Below are positions 22,183 to 32,216 of a DNA stretch of 64,000 bases, piece by piece. Every line of letters starts with the position of its first letter. Within the stretch, counting starts at the first letter, position 1. The DNA comes from an uncultured Gemmatimonadales bacterium (GTDB lineage Bacteria; Gemmatimonadota; Gemmatimonadetes; Gemmatimonadales; GWC2-71-9): positions 192,001 through 256,000 of the forward strand of contig CAVSQW010000007.1 in the NCBI GenBank assembly GCA_963730185.1. The letters are read 5' to 3'. The notes under the pieces are model-generated. The model saw only the letters and a list, made by a program, of their open reading frames with translations. It was not told the origin of the DNA and made no database searches. The position numbers and the translations under genes were made by a program.

Positions 22183-24834
22183 TCAGCTGGGGGGCTTCCG
22201 GGTCGAGGTAGCGGGCCTGCTCCATCGGGCCAGGACGGCTTCGACATCGGCCAGCTGAACCGGCTTGGCGAGATAGTCGTCCATGCCTGCTGCCAGGCAG
22301 GCCTCTCGATCACCCCGCATGGCATTCGCCGTCATCGCGACGATCGGGACCCGGACGACCCCATCTCGCTCGCGGATCTTCCGGGTGGCCTCCACGCCGT
22401 CGAGGTGGGGCATCTGCCAGTCCATCATGATCAGGTCGTAGCTCCGCTCCCGGCTCAGGGCGACAGCCTCGGCACCGTCGGCCGCCACGTCGACCGTGCA
22501 GCCGAGCCGCTCGAGCATCTTGACCGCCACTTTCTGGTTGACCGGATTGTCTTCCGCCAGGAGCACGCGCAGCATCCCGGCCGAGGCTTCCCTGAGGCGG
22601 GGGGTGGCGGGCTGGTCGGCCGGTGCCCGGGCGAGGTCGAGCGGTAAGGTAAAGGCGAAGGTGGAGCCGACGCCTTCGACGCTCTCGGCCTCGAGGGTGC
22701 CTTCCATCAGCTCCACCAGGCGGCGAGAGATGCTGAGACCAAGGCCGGTTCCGCCGAAGCGGCGGGTGGTCGACGCGTCGGCCTGGACGAACGGCTCGAA
22801 GAGTTGAGCCAACCTTCCGGTCGGGATCCCGATCCCGGTGTCCCGAACCGCGAACCGGACCCTGGTCCGTCCCTCAGGCTCGTGGGCCTCGGAGACGTCG
22901 ATCCTGACCTCGCCCTCGGTCGTGAACTTGAGGGCGTTGTGACAGAGGTTCGTGAGAACCTGGCGAATCCGGCTGGGGTCGCCGCCGACCCAGGTCGGAA
23001 CGGCGGGCGTCAGCGAGGCGGTGAACGACACCGATCGGGCCTCCGCCTTGGCCGCGAAGAGATCGTGAACCTCGCGAACGAGTCGGTGCAGGTCGAACGG
23101 GGTGCGCTCCAGGCGAAGGCGACCCGCTTCGATCCTGGAGAAATCCAGGACGTCGTCGAGGATGGTCAGCAGCGCCTCGGCCGAGCTATGGATGATCCGG
23201 GCGAAGTCTTGCTGCTCGGCGGTGAGGTCGGTGTCGAGTAGCAGGGAGGTCATTCCGAGGACCCCGTTCATCGGGGTTCGGATCTCGTGGCTCATCGAGG
23301 CCAGGAAAAGGCTTTTGGCGCGGGTTGCCTCTTCGGCCCGCTCTCGGGCGGCGATCAGTTCGGTCTCGGCTTCGCGGCGGTCGGTGATGTCGACGTAGGT
23401 CCCGAGCACGCCGGTGATCCGCCCCTCGCGATCGCGGAGCGGCACCTTGCAGGTCGAGAGCCAGCGCTGCTTGCCGTCGGGGGTGGTGAGTGGCTCGACG
23501 ATGTCGAGCTCGACCCGGCCCTCGGCCATCACCCGGAGGTCGCAGCTCCGGAAGAAGTCCGCCTGGGCCTCCGGAAGCAGGTCGTGGTCCGTGAACCCTT
23601 CGATGTCATCCCGCCCAAGGTCCTGGCGGAGGGCCCGATTGGCTCCGAGAAAGCGTCCGGCGCGGTCCTTCCAGAAGACCCGCTGGGGCAGGAGGTCCAA
23701 CGCCGTCGCCAGAAGGTCCTCCGAGGCCCGCAATCGCTCGCGCCGTTCCCGCTCCTCGGTGACATCGACGAAGCTGGCGACGACCGCGGTGACGCCGCCG
23801 TCGCCGTCGTGGACGGGCTCGGTATTGACCTCGATCCAGCCTTGAGTCCCGTCCGCCCTGGTAAAGCCCAGGACCGAGCCCCGGCTCGGCTCACCGGTGC
23901 GAGCGGTGGCGGCGATGGGCTGGGCTTCATCGTCGGCCGGTGAGCCGTCCTCCCGGATCAGGCGCCAGCCGGTGAAGGCTGGCTGTCCGATCAGCTCCTC
24001 GATCGGCGTTCGGACGATCCGGGCCGCGCTCGGGTTGGCCTCGAGAATCCGCCCGTCCCGGTCCACCAGGACGACGCCTTCGGTCAAGGCGGTCACGATC
24101 GAACCCAGCCGTTGTCGGGACGCTCGGACCGTATCGGCGTAGCTGTCGGCCTCCGCGATCCGGCGTCGAAGCGAACGGAGGGCCCGCCCCAGGGCCACTG
24201 CCCCGACCAGGGCGGCCAGGGTCAACAGGAGCAATTGCGCCAGCGACTCCCGGTCGTGCTGTTGGCGCTGGACCACCCTCGCACGGGCCTGCCATATCCG
24301 ATTGAGCGAATCGACCGCGGCGGCCAGGCGGTCCTGGGAGCCGGCCAGCGTGGCCGGGTCAGCGACGGCCGGGGCGGACGTCGGCGGCGGGCGGCCGCCC
24401 CGCCGGGCCAGCTCCGCCGCTCTGCCCAGCTCGCCGACGGCTCCGGCGATCGCGGCAAACTGTTTCCGGGTTGCTTGGTCGTCGAGCGCTGGGTCCCCGG
24501 CCGCCCGGAACCCCGACCGGAGCGTCTCGTTGGCGCGGATCAGCGAATCTACCCATCCCGTCCAGCCCCGGCCGACCGGATCGGCGGCCGCCCCGTTGCC
24601 CGATCCGGCCAGCCGGAGCAGGTCGATCGAGATCATCTGGCCGTAATGGCGCAGCGTCCTCGCCTGCTCGACCAGAGAGGTCAGCTGGTCTTCGCGACCG
24701 AGTTCGGTCTGGCGGAACCGGTGTCCGATGAAGCCGGCCCCAAGCAGCAATGCCAGGGCTCCGGCGCCGGTATAGTAGATCCGCACCAGGGCGCTGGTGG
24801 GGGACGGCGGGCTGGGGGAGAGACGCAACGGCAT
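22183..24834 (-). CDS. Membrane hybrid sensor histidine kinase (2 TM + periplasmic domain, 2 PAS/PAC, HisKA, HATPase, REC)
   Basis: FLASMSHEIRTPMNG, GDPSRIRQVLTNL..NALKFT, DTGIG, FGGTGLGL, LLAEDN..MDWQMP..MTANA..LAKP. Confidence 0.95.
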   Translation of the reverse strand: MPLRLSPSPPSPTSALVRIYYTGAGALALLLGAGFIGHRFRQTELGREDQLTSLVEQARTLRHYGQMISIDLLRLAGSGNGAAADPVGRGWTGWVDSLIRANETLRSGFRAAGDPALDDQATRKQFAAIAGAVGELGRAAELARRGGRPPPTSAPAVADPATLAGSQDRLAAAVDSLNRIWQARARVVQRQQHDRESLAQLLLLTLAALVGAVALGRALRSLRRRIAEADSYADTVRASRQRLGSIVTALTEGVVLVDRDGRILEANPSAARIVRTPIEELIGQPAFTGWRLIREDGSPADDEAQPIAATARTGEPSRGSVLGFTRADGTQGWIEVNTEPVHDGDGGVTAVVASFVDVTEERERRERLRASEDLLATALDLLPQRVFWKDRAGRFLGANRALRQDLGRDDIEGFTDHDLLPEAQADFFRSCDLRVMAEGRVELDIVEPLTTPDGKQRWLSTCKVPLRDREGRITGVLGTYVDITDRREAETELIAARERAEEATRAKSLFLASMSHEIRTPMNGVLGMTSLLLDTDLTAEQQDFARIIHSSAEALLTILDDVLDFSRIEAGRLRLERTPFDLHRLVREVHDLFAAKAEARSVSFTASLTPAVPTWVGGDPSRIRQVLTNLCHNALKFTTEGEVRIDVSEAHEPEGRTRVRFAVRDTGIGIPTGRLAQLFEPFVQADASTTRRFGGTGLGLSISRRLVELMEGTLEAESVEGVGSTFAFTLPLDLARAPADQPATPRLREASAGMLRVLLAEDNPVNQKVAVKMLERLGCTVDVAADGAEAVALSRERSYDLIMMDWQMPHLDGVEATRKIRERDGVVRVPIVAMTANAMRGDREACLAAGMDDYLAKPVQLADVEAVLARWSRPATSTRKPPS

Positions 24835-24850
24835 GGGTACCCTCTACCCG

Positions 24851-24878
24851 AGTCAGTATCGGCGCAGATGGGGGTTCC
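24851..24878 (-). promoter_or_regulatory. Candidate ECF-sigma promoter of hybrid kinase
   Basis: GGAAC-N18-TGACT; shares GGAACCCCC and spacing with the degP candidate. Confidence 0.35.
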
Positions 24879-24893
24879 TTGAACGGCACCATT

Positions 24894-24947
24894 CCCATTG
24901 AAACCTTATGGGGCCAACGTCGTATCTCCCTAAGAACATTATGGGAG
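24894..24947. promoter_or_regulatory. Two candidate PadR operators
   Basis: 19-mers CCCATTGAAACCTTATGGG (24894-24912) and TCCCTAAGAACATTATGGG (24927-24945); the second overlaps the padR SD. Confidence 0.6.
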
Positions 24948-24952
24948 GCGCC

Positions 24953-25297
24953 GTGGCCGACGATCTCGATTTGCTCCGGGGGACGCTCGATCTCCTGGTG
25001 CTCCGGACGCTCCGGCCTGGGCCGATGCACGGCTACGCGGTGGCCGCCGCGATCCGCGACCGGAGCGACGGCGACCTGCTGGTCGAAGAGGGGGCGCTCT
25101 ATCCGGCGCTCCATCGACTCGAGGCGCGGGGTTGGGTGGAGGCCGAGTGGGGAGTCTCCGAGAACAACCGGAAGGCGCGGTACTATGGGCTGACCCGAGC
25201 CGGGGCGAGGCGCCTCCGGGCGGCCACAGCCGAGTGGGATCGGTACGTCCGGGCGGTGGGTCGCGTGCTGGCCCCCGGGTCGGCGGGAGGCGAATGA
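24953..25297 (+). CDS. PadR-family transcriptional regulator (acidobacterial type)
   Basis: LLRGTLDLLVLRTL, MHGY, VEEGALYPALHRLE, WGVSENNRKARYY; GGAGG + GTG. Confidence 0.95.
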   Translation: MADDLDLLRGTLDLLVLRTLRPGPMHGYAVAAAIRDRSDGDLLVEEGALYPALHRLEARGWVEAEWGVSENNRKARYYGLTRAGARRLRAATAEWDRYVRAVGRVLAPGSAGGE

Positions 25298-25300
25298 GCG

Positions 25301-27971
25301 ATGGCGCTGCCTCCCGGCGTGAAACGCGTCTTCCGGCTCTTGGTCCGCTCGCGGGACGTCGATGCCGAGGTGGGTCGGGAGCTTGAGTTCCATGTGGCCG
25401 AGACCACCGAGCGGCTGGTCCGGGAGGGTTGGGAGCCCGACCGGGCTCGGGCCGAGGCCGAACGGCGGTTCGGGGGGCGGGAGCGGGTGGCGGCGCAGGT
25501 TCGCCGGATCGACGAGCGGCGCGAGCGCCGGCGGGAGTGGCGGTTCGGGTTGGCCGGGTTGGGCCAGGACCTCCGCCAGGCGGCGCGCAGCCTGACCCGG
25601 TCGCCGGGGTTCACGGCCGTGGCGGTGGCGACCTTCGCGCTCGGGATCGGGGCCAACGTCGCCGTCTTCACGGTGCTCGACGGCGTGGTGCTCCGCCCGC
25701 TTCCCTACCCGGAGCCCGAGCGGGTGCTCCGGATCTTCGAGCAGAACGGTCGCGAGGGCCGGGTCTTCGGCAACATCACCATTGCCGACTTCCGCGACTG
25801 GCGGGCCCAGGCGACCTCGTTCTCGGCCATGGCGGCGCTCCGATGGGGCTCGGCCTCGATCGTGCTGCCGGACCGCGCGGTGTTGCTGCCGGCGGCTCGG
25901 GTAACGGCGTCGTTCTTCGACGTGCTCGGTGTCAGCCCGGCGATCGGCCGTGGGTTCCGTCCGGCCGACGAGTCGGCCGGCGCCGAGCCGGTGGCGGTCC
26001 TGAGCGACCGGGTCTGGCGGACGGACTTTGGCGCCGATTCGGCGCTGGTCGGCCGGCCGATTCGCCTCGATGGCGGGACGGCGACCGTGATCGGTGTTTT
26101 GCCCCGCGGGTTCGTGCCGCCGGGCGGCGGGACGGTGGGCGTCTGGACGGCCGGCGACTTCGCCGCGATCGCGGACGATCCCTCGCGGGCTCGCCGGATG
26201 CACTTCCTGAGCGGGTTCGCCCGGGTCAGGCCGGGCGTGTCCCGGGAGGCGGCGACGGCCGAGCTCCGCCTGATCGGGGAGCGGCTGATGGCCGAGCATC
26301 CCCGGGACAACGACGGTCACCTGCCCAACCCGGTTCCCGTATCCCGAGCCGACGTCCGGGGCGTGGAGCCGGTTCTCTTCCTGACCGCGGCCGGTGTCGC
26401 CGCGCTCCTGCTCCTGGCCGCGGCCAATCTCGCCAATCTGGTGCTGGCCCGGGCGCTGGCTCGAGGTCGGGAGCTCGCGGTTCGGGCCGCGCTTGGCGCG
26501 GGCCGGGCCCGGCTGGCGCGCACGGTGCTGGTCGAACAGGGGCTGTTGGCGGTGGTCGGCGGAGTGGTGGGGGTTGGGGTGGCGGTCTTCGCCTCCCGGG
26601 GGCTCGTCGCGCTGCTCGGCGACGCGCTGCCGCACGCGGGCCGGGTCGGGGTCGACGGTGGCGTCCTCGGCTTCGCACTGGGTCTCACGGTGGTCACCGC
26701 GGGGTTGACCGGTCTCCTGCCGGCCTTGCTGGCGGTGCGCCTGGATCTTCAGGGGGTGCTGCGCGCCGATGGCGGCGGCACGACGGCCGGCCGGCGGAGC
26801 CACCGGATCCGGAGCACGCTGGTGGCGGTGCAGGTGGCCCTGGCGGCGCTCCTGGCCACCGGGTCCGGCCTGGTCGCCCAGAGCTTGATCGCGATTCTGC
26901 GCGAGGACCTCGGGTTCCGTCCCGACGGCGTCGTGGCGTTCGGTCTGCCGCTCCAGGGCGGGCGGTACCCCGACCGATCGGCGATCGACGGGTTCGAGCG
27001 GCGGTTGCTCGAGCGGCTCCGGGAACTGCCCGGCGCGCGGGCCGCGGGTGCGGCATACGCCATCCCGATGCGGAACGTGAGCACCACCAGCTTCCGGCTC
27101 GAGGGGGCGGCGCCCCGGTCGGGCCCGGCCCCGGAGGTCGGGTACAACGCCGCCTCGCCGGGCTATTTCGACGCGGTGGGGATTCCGCTGGTTAGCCGGC
27201 CGGGCCTTCGATGACCGCGATCGAAGCGGCGCGCCGGGCGTGGTGATCGTGAATCAGGCCTTCGTGCGGCGGTATCTCCCGGAGGGCCATCCGCTGGGAC
27301 GCCGGCTCCAGTCGGGTCCTGGTGACGTCTCGCCGTGGCTGGAGATCGTCGGCGTGGTGGGCGACATCCGCCGGGCCAGTGCCGAGGAGGCGCCGATCCC
27401 GGAGCTCTACTTTGCCCTGGCGCAGGACGTCACCGCTTCGCCCGTGGTAGTGGTCTCGTCGACCGCGCCCGGGTCGGTGACGCTGGCGGCCGCTGGGCGG
27501 GTGCTGCACGAGCTCGATCCCGAGCTCCCGATGGCGTTTCCGCAGGCTCTCCGGGAGGTGGTCGACGAGGGACTGGCTCGGCCCCGCTTCCTGAGCGTGC
27601 TGCTCGGGATCTTCGCGGCTTTGGCGTTGGCGCTCGCCGCAGTGGGGGTACACGGCGTCATCGCCTTCGTGGTGGCGGAGCGGACCCGGGAGATCGGCGT
27701 TCGGCGGGCTCTGGGGGCCGGTTCGGGCGCGGTCCTCGCGGACGTGCTTCGGCGCGGCCTCCGTCCGGTGGTGGCCGGGCTTGCGGTGGGCTTGGGCGCG
27801 GCCCTCGTGCTGGGGCCCTTGGCGAGGAGTCTGCTCTACCAGGTTCGCCCTGGGGATCCGGTCACCCTCGGCGTGGTCCTGGTGGTGACGCTCGCCGCCG
27901 GCGTGGCCGGGTGCCTGGTTCCGGCCCGCCGGGCCGCCCGGGTCGATCCCCTGACGGCCATCCGCGACTAG
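25301..27971 (+). CDS. ADOP-type duplicated ABC permease (MacB-PCD/FtsX x2) with N-terminal prefix domain; one frameshift near 27194
   Basis: ELEFH..AERRFGG prefix, QDLRQAARSL..PGF, ALGIGAN, LRPLPYPEPER, ANLANLVLAR, ELAVRAALGA, RTREIGVRRALGA, PARRAARVDP. Confidence 0.92.
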
Positions 27972-27990
27972 CGGCGCGGGCCCCACCAGT

Positions 27991-28025
27991 CCAGTTCGCC
28001 GCCCGAGGGGGCCGCTCGCTGCAGG
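27991..28025 (+). promoter_or_regulatory. Candidate LytTR-type direct repeats upstream of the LytS kinase
   Basis: CAGTTCGCCGCC and CCGCTCGCTGCA with a 20-nt period. Confidence 0.35.
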
Positions 28026-28065
28026 ACGCCTCGCGCGGGTGGCCGGTCGGCCCTAACGTTGAGGC

Positions 28066-29229
28066 ATGGCCGAATCCGTTCCGACGCCGCACGTCCGCCC
28101 GTTCCGGCTCCTGCTGGTCGGCGCCACCGTGCTGGCCATGTTGACCGCGGCGCAGCACTGGGTGGTGATGCAGCTCGAGCCCACCCCGCCGTCCTGGAAG
28201 ACCGTCGCGCACGCGCTCAAGAAAGAGGCGCCGGCCTGGTACCTCTGGGTCCTGGTGTCGCCGTTGGTCTTCTGGCTGGTCCGCCGGATTCCGCTCCGTC
28301 GCGGGCGGTTGGCCCTGGCCATCCCGGCTCACGTGGTCATCGGCCTGGCGCTCGTGTTGGTCCACCAGGGGGCGGTGCTGGTGGTCCAGCGGCTGACGGG
28401 CTTTCCCGTAGGCAACGGGTCGCTCCTTCGCCTCTACGCCGATAGCATCGTCTACCGGGTTCTGCTCGGGCTCCTGGGCTATGCGATTCTCTTCGGTGCG
28501 GTCCTGGCGATCGACTACTACGGCCGGCTCCAGGAGCGCGAGATCGCGGCGGCTGAGCTGGGCCGGCAGCTGGCGGAAGCCCGGCTGCAGGCGCTCCGGA
28601 TGCAGCTCAATCCGCACTTTCTGTTCAACACGATGAATACGATCGCGATGCTGGTCCGCCAGGGGGACAACGGCCAGGCGGTCCGGATGCTGGCCGACCT
28701 GAGCGACATCCTCCGGCACGTCTTGGTCGACTCGCCGCCGATGGAGACGCCGCTCCGGGACGAGCTCCGCTTTACCGAGCGCTATCTCGATCTCGAGCGG
28801 GTCCGGTTCCGCGATCGGCTGACCACCGTGATCGAGGTGACCCCGGAGGCGGCCAATGCGCTGGTCCCGACCCTGGTCCTCCAGCCGTTGGTGGAGAACG
28901 CCATCAAGCACGGGATCGCGCGGCGGGTCCGGGCGGGCCGACTGGCGATCGGCGCCCGCCGGCTGGGACCCCTGCTGGAGCTGACCGTGGAGGACGACGG
29001 GCCGGGGCCGGGTGGGGGGCGGGACGGGGTGACCCCGGCGTCGGGCATCGGGATCACCTCGAACGGGATTGGCCTGGCCAACACCGCCAGCCGGCTGGCC
29101 CAGCTCTACGGCGAGCGGGCGGAGCTCCGGCTCGAGACGTCGCCCCGAGGGGGAGCGATCGCCCGGGTTACCCTCCCCTTCCGGCCCAGCCCGGTCGAGC
29201 TGGACGTGGCCGGAGCGGTGCCGTCGTGA
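28066..29229 (+). CDS. LytS/YehU-family sensor histidine kinase
   Basis: About four TM segments, LRMQLNPHFLFNTMN, YLDLERVRF, LQPLVENAIKHG, VEDDGPG, GIGLAN. Confidence 0.93.
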   Translation: MAESVPTPHVRPFRLLLVGATVLAMLTAAQHWVVMQLEPTPPSWKTVAHALKKEAPAWYLWVLVSPLVFWLVRRIPLRRGRLALAIPAHVVIGLALVLVHQGAVLVVQRLTGFPVGNGSLLRLYADSIVYRVLLGLLGYAILFGAVLAIDYYGRLQEREIAAAELGRQLAEARLQALRMQLNPHFLFNTMNTIAMLVRQGDNGQAVRMLADLSDILRHVLVDSPPMETPLRDELRFTERYLDLERVRFRDRLTTVIEVTPEAANALVPTLVLQPLVENAIKHGIARRVRAGRLAIGARRLGPLLELTVEDDGPGPGGGRDGVTPASGIGITSNGIGLANTASRLAQLYGERAELRLETSPRGGAIARVTLPFRPSPVELDVAGAVPS

Positions 29230-30015
29230 GCGCGCCGCTCCGGGTGCTGATCGTCGACGACGAGCCGGTGGCGCGGGAAGGACTCCGGGGCCTCCTGGCC
29301 CAGGATCCCGAGATCGCCGTCGTGGGCGAGCGCGCCGACGGGCAGGCCGCCGCCGAGGCGATCGTGTCGCTGGCCCCCGACCTGGTGCTGCTCGACATCC
29401 AGATGCCGGAGCTCGACGGGTTCGAGGTGGTGCGGACCGTCGGGCCCGGAGCACATGCCCCCGGTCGTGTTCGTCACCGCCTACGACGAGTTCGCGCTTC
29501 GGGCCTTCGAGGTCCACGCGCTGGACTACCTCCTCAAGCCCTTCGACGACGACCGCTTTGCCGCCGCGATGGATCGGGCCAAGGCGATCGTCCGGGCCGG
29601 CGACCTCGGGGGCCTGGCCCGCCGGCTCCTGGCGTTGTTGGCGGACACCGGCCAGCAGCAGGAGGGAAGCGAAACCGGCTGGCTCACCCGACTGGTGATC
29701 AAGAAGCCCGGCGCCAGCCTCTTCCTCGGGGTGGAGCAGATCGACTGGATCGAATCGGCCGACTACTGCGTCAAGATCCACGTCGGGGCGCGGACCCACG
29801 TGATCCGTGAGTCGCTCCAGCGATTGGAGGGCCGGCTCGACCCGGCCCGCTTCTTCCGGGCCCACCGGTCGGCCATCGTGAACCTCGATCGGGTGCGCGA
29901 GGTTCAGCCCGCCTTCCACGGCGACTTCGCCTTGATCCTCCACGACGGCACCCGGGTCAAGCTCAGCCGGAGCCGCCGGTCCGACCTCGAGCGGCGGCTG
30001 GGGCAGACCCTCTAG
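29226..30015 (+). CDS. LytTR-family response regulator; one frameshift near 29447
   Basis: VLIVDDEP, LLDIQMP, VFVTAYD, DYLLKP, IDWIES, FFRAHRSAIVN, KLSRSR. Confidence 0.93.
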
Positions 30016-30195
30016 CGGCGAGCGGCTGGCTGCAGCGGGCCCCGTCTGGCTACATGGGGTGGGCGCTCGAGATGCCGTCGGCCGCCGCCCTCGATTCGGT
30101 GCTCGAAGCGGACCCGCATCAAGGCCGGAACGGGCGCCTGCCCGGCGCCGGGAGCCTCTACTTTGGCTCGGTGGTGGGAGCCGCCCCCTGAGCCC

Positions 30196-30912
30196 TCAGA
30201 GGAGCCGGCGAAGGATCAGGACGGAGGCCGATCCGGCGCAGACGATCAGGATCAGCCGGCGGAGCAGGGTGCGGCTCACGGCGGCCATGGCGCGGTGCGA
30301 GGCCTGGTAGCCGATCAACACCCCGGGGAAGAGGGCGACGGCATCGATTGCTTCCGGCCCGCCCAGGTGGCCGCTTAGGGCGAGCCCGGCCAGGGTGAGC
30401 AGGCCGCCGAGGAGGAAGTACGCCGACAGGGTCGCCCGGATGCTCGGGCCGGCCTCGTGTTGGTAGAGGAGCGCCATCGGCGGGCCGCCGACCGAGCTGG
30501 TCGTGGCCATGAAACCCGACACCACGCCGGCGCCCAGCAGATTCCGGGGCCGGAGTCGGAGCGAGAGGCCCAGCCCGCTGATCACCACCGCGCCGAGGAC
30601 CAGGCTGCCGAGCAGGAGATCGGTGCCGCCGGTCGAGACCCGGTCCAGCACCGCCACGGCCAGCACGATGCCGCCCACCCGCCCGGCGAGAGACCAGCCC
30701 AGGTCGGCCCGCCGGATGTCGCTCCACTCTCGCCGGGTCATCAGCAGGGTGAGCAGGATGGAGGCCGCGACGACGGGCCCCGGCACGAAGCGATGGTCGA
30801 TCAGGGCAAGGAGCGGAGCCGAGAAGAGACCCATCCCGAAGCCGACGGTGCCCTGGAGGAACGCCCCGGTGCCGATGATCAGAGTGGCGATGACGAAGGT
30901 CGGCCAGCTCAC
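30196..30912 (-). CDS. Sulfite exporter TauE/SafE family membrane protein
   Basis: LQGTVGFGMGL, GFMATTSSVGGPP, multiple TM; GTG overlaps upstream stop. Confidence 0.88.
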   Translation of the reverse strand: MSWPTFVIATLIIGTGAFLQGTVGFGMGLFSAPLLALIDHRFVPGPVVAASILLTLLMTRREWSDIRRADLGWSLAGRVGGIVLAVAVLDRVSTGGTDLLLGSLVLGAVVISGLGLSLRLRPRNLLGAGVVSGFMATTSSVGGPPMALLYQHEAGPSIRATLSAYFLLGGLLTLAGLALSGHLGGPEAIDAVALFPGVLIGYQASHRAMAAVSRTLLRRLILIVCAGSASVLILRRLL

Positions 30913-31514
30913 CCGCGGGCGCCCGGGGCGATGGTGAGGCCGTCCCGTCGGGTGAACGTCGTATAGAAGCCCTGAATGGCCGCAATGTCCGCCGGCATGT
31001 CGCCGGTCGGTTCGAAGGCCGGCAACAGGCCCACCGTCTTCCGACTCCAGTCGAAGAATCCGGGAACGATCGGCACCCGCGCCTTGGCCGCGATTCGATA
31101 GAAGCCGGTCTTCCAGCGGGCGCCGTGGCGGCGGGTTCCCTCCGGGGCCAACCCGAGGACCATGCCCGCCGTCCGGGCGAACTGGTCGACCACCTGATCG
31201 ATGATGCCTTCGGGGTTGGCCCGGTCTACCGCCACGCCGCCCATCGATCGGAGGAGCCAACCGAGCGGACCCCGGAAGAGCTCGGTCTTGCCGATGAAGC
31301 GCACCCGGACGCCCATCGCCATCATGAACGAGATCCCGATCACGAAGTCCCAGGCGGACGAGTGGGGCGCGGCGATCACGACCAGATGGGAGCGGTCGGG
31401 GAAGGCGCCTTCCGTCCGCCATCCTAGGAAGCGGAGGGTGGTCCGTCCCAGCCAGCGCGTGAAGGCATTCCCCCGGCGAGGCAGGGGTGACGTGGGGCCC
31501 GGCTGGTTCGGCAT
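30909..31514 (-). CDS. PlsC-like lysophospholipid acyltransferase
   Basis: APHSSAWD (HxxxxD), FIGK, VDR, LAPEGTR, WKTGFY. Confidence 0.9.
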   Translation of the reverse strand: MPNQPGPTSPLPRRGNAFTRWLGRTTLRFLGWRTEGAFPDRSHLVVIAAPHSSAWDFVIGISFMMAMGVRVRFIGKTELFRGPLGWLLRSMGGVAVDRANPEGIIDQVVDQFARTAGMVLGLAPEGTRRHGARWKTGFYRIAAKARVPIVPGFFDWSRKTVGLLPAFEPTGDMPADIAAIQGFYTTFTRRDGLTIAPGARG

Positions 31515-31563
31515 GGCGGGAACCATGCAGCCGGGACCGCGTTCAGTCAACGCGTCGGTGGGG

Positions 31564-32103
31564 TCAGCCCCCGAGATGGTCGATCAGGTTGCCGGTGGTT
31601 TGGCGGAGCATCTGCGCGATGGCGGTGGCGATCGCCAGGGTCAGGGTGACGCCGAGGGCGGGAGACTCCTCGCAGAGCCGGTGAAAGTCGGCGCGGCTCA
31701 GGATCAGCAGATCGGTGGGAACCGCGGTGACCGCCGTGGCCGACCGGGCGGCGCCGTCGATCAGCGACATCTCGCCCACCATCTTGCCGTTCCCCACCCG
31801 GGCCACCACTCGGCTCTGCTCGGCGCTGTCGGCCTTCAAGATCTCGAGCTGCCCGCCGGCGACGATGGCGAGGAAGGCGTCGTGGTCGCCCTCGTGGAAC
31901 ACGGTCTTCCCAACCGCGAAGTGGTACTGGCGGAGGTAGCGGGCCAGCCCCCGGAGGTCGGCCCAGCTGTGGCGCATGGCCCACGAGGTGCCGTCGAGGA
32001 GCTCAGCCCGTTCCACGGGACCGCTGGGTACGACCGTTCCGCCCCGGGCGACCAGCGACTCGTGGGTGGTGGGCGGGGTAGGCACCGTGATCCGGCTCGT
32101 CAT
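31564..32103 (-). CDS. Stand-alone cyclic-nucleotide-binding domain protein
   Basis: VFHEGD, GQLEI, GKMVGEMSLIDGAARSATAV; no HTH. Confidence 0.88.
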   Translation of the reverse strand: MTSRITVPTPPTTHESLVARGGTVVPSGPVERAELLDGTSWAMRHSWADLRGLARYLRQYHFAVGKTVFHEGDHDAFLAIVAGGQLEILKADSAEQSRVVARVGNGKMVGEMSLIDGAARSATAVTAVPTDLLILSRADFHRLCEESPALGVTLTLAIATAIAQMLRQTTGNLIDHLGG

Positions 32104-32216
32104 CGAGAGGGAAGTATCGGCTGGCGCGGCCCGGGTTTGAGCCCGTGGCCGATTCCGAATCCCGACGGCGCGGCCCATATTCTCCCGGTGCCCTCCCCGA
32201 CGACTGGATCGAACCG

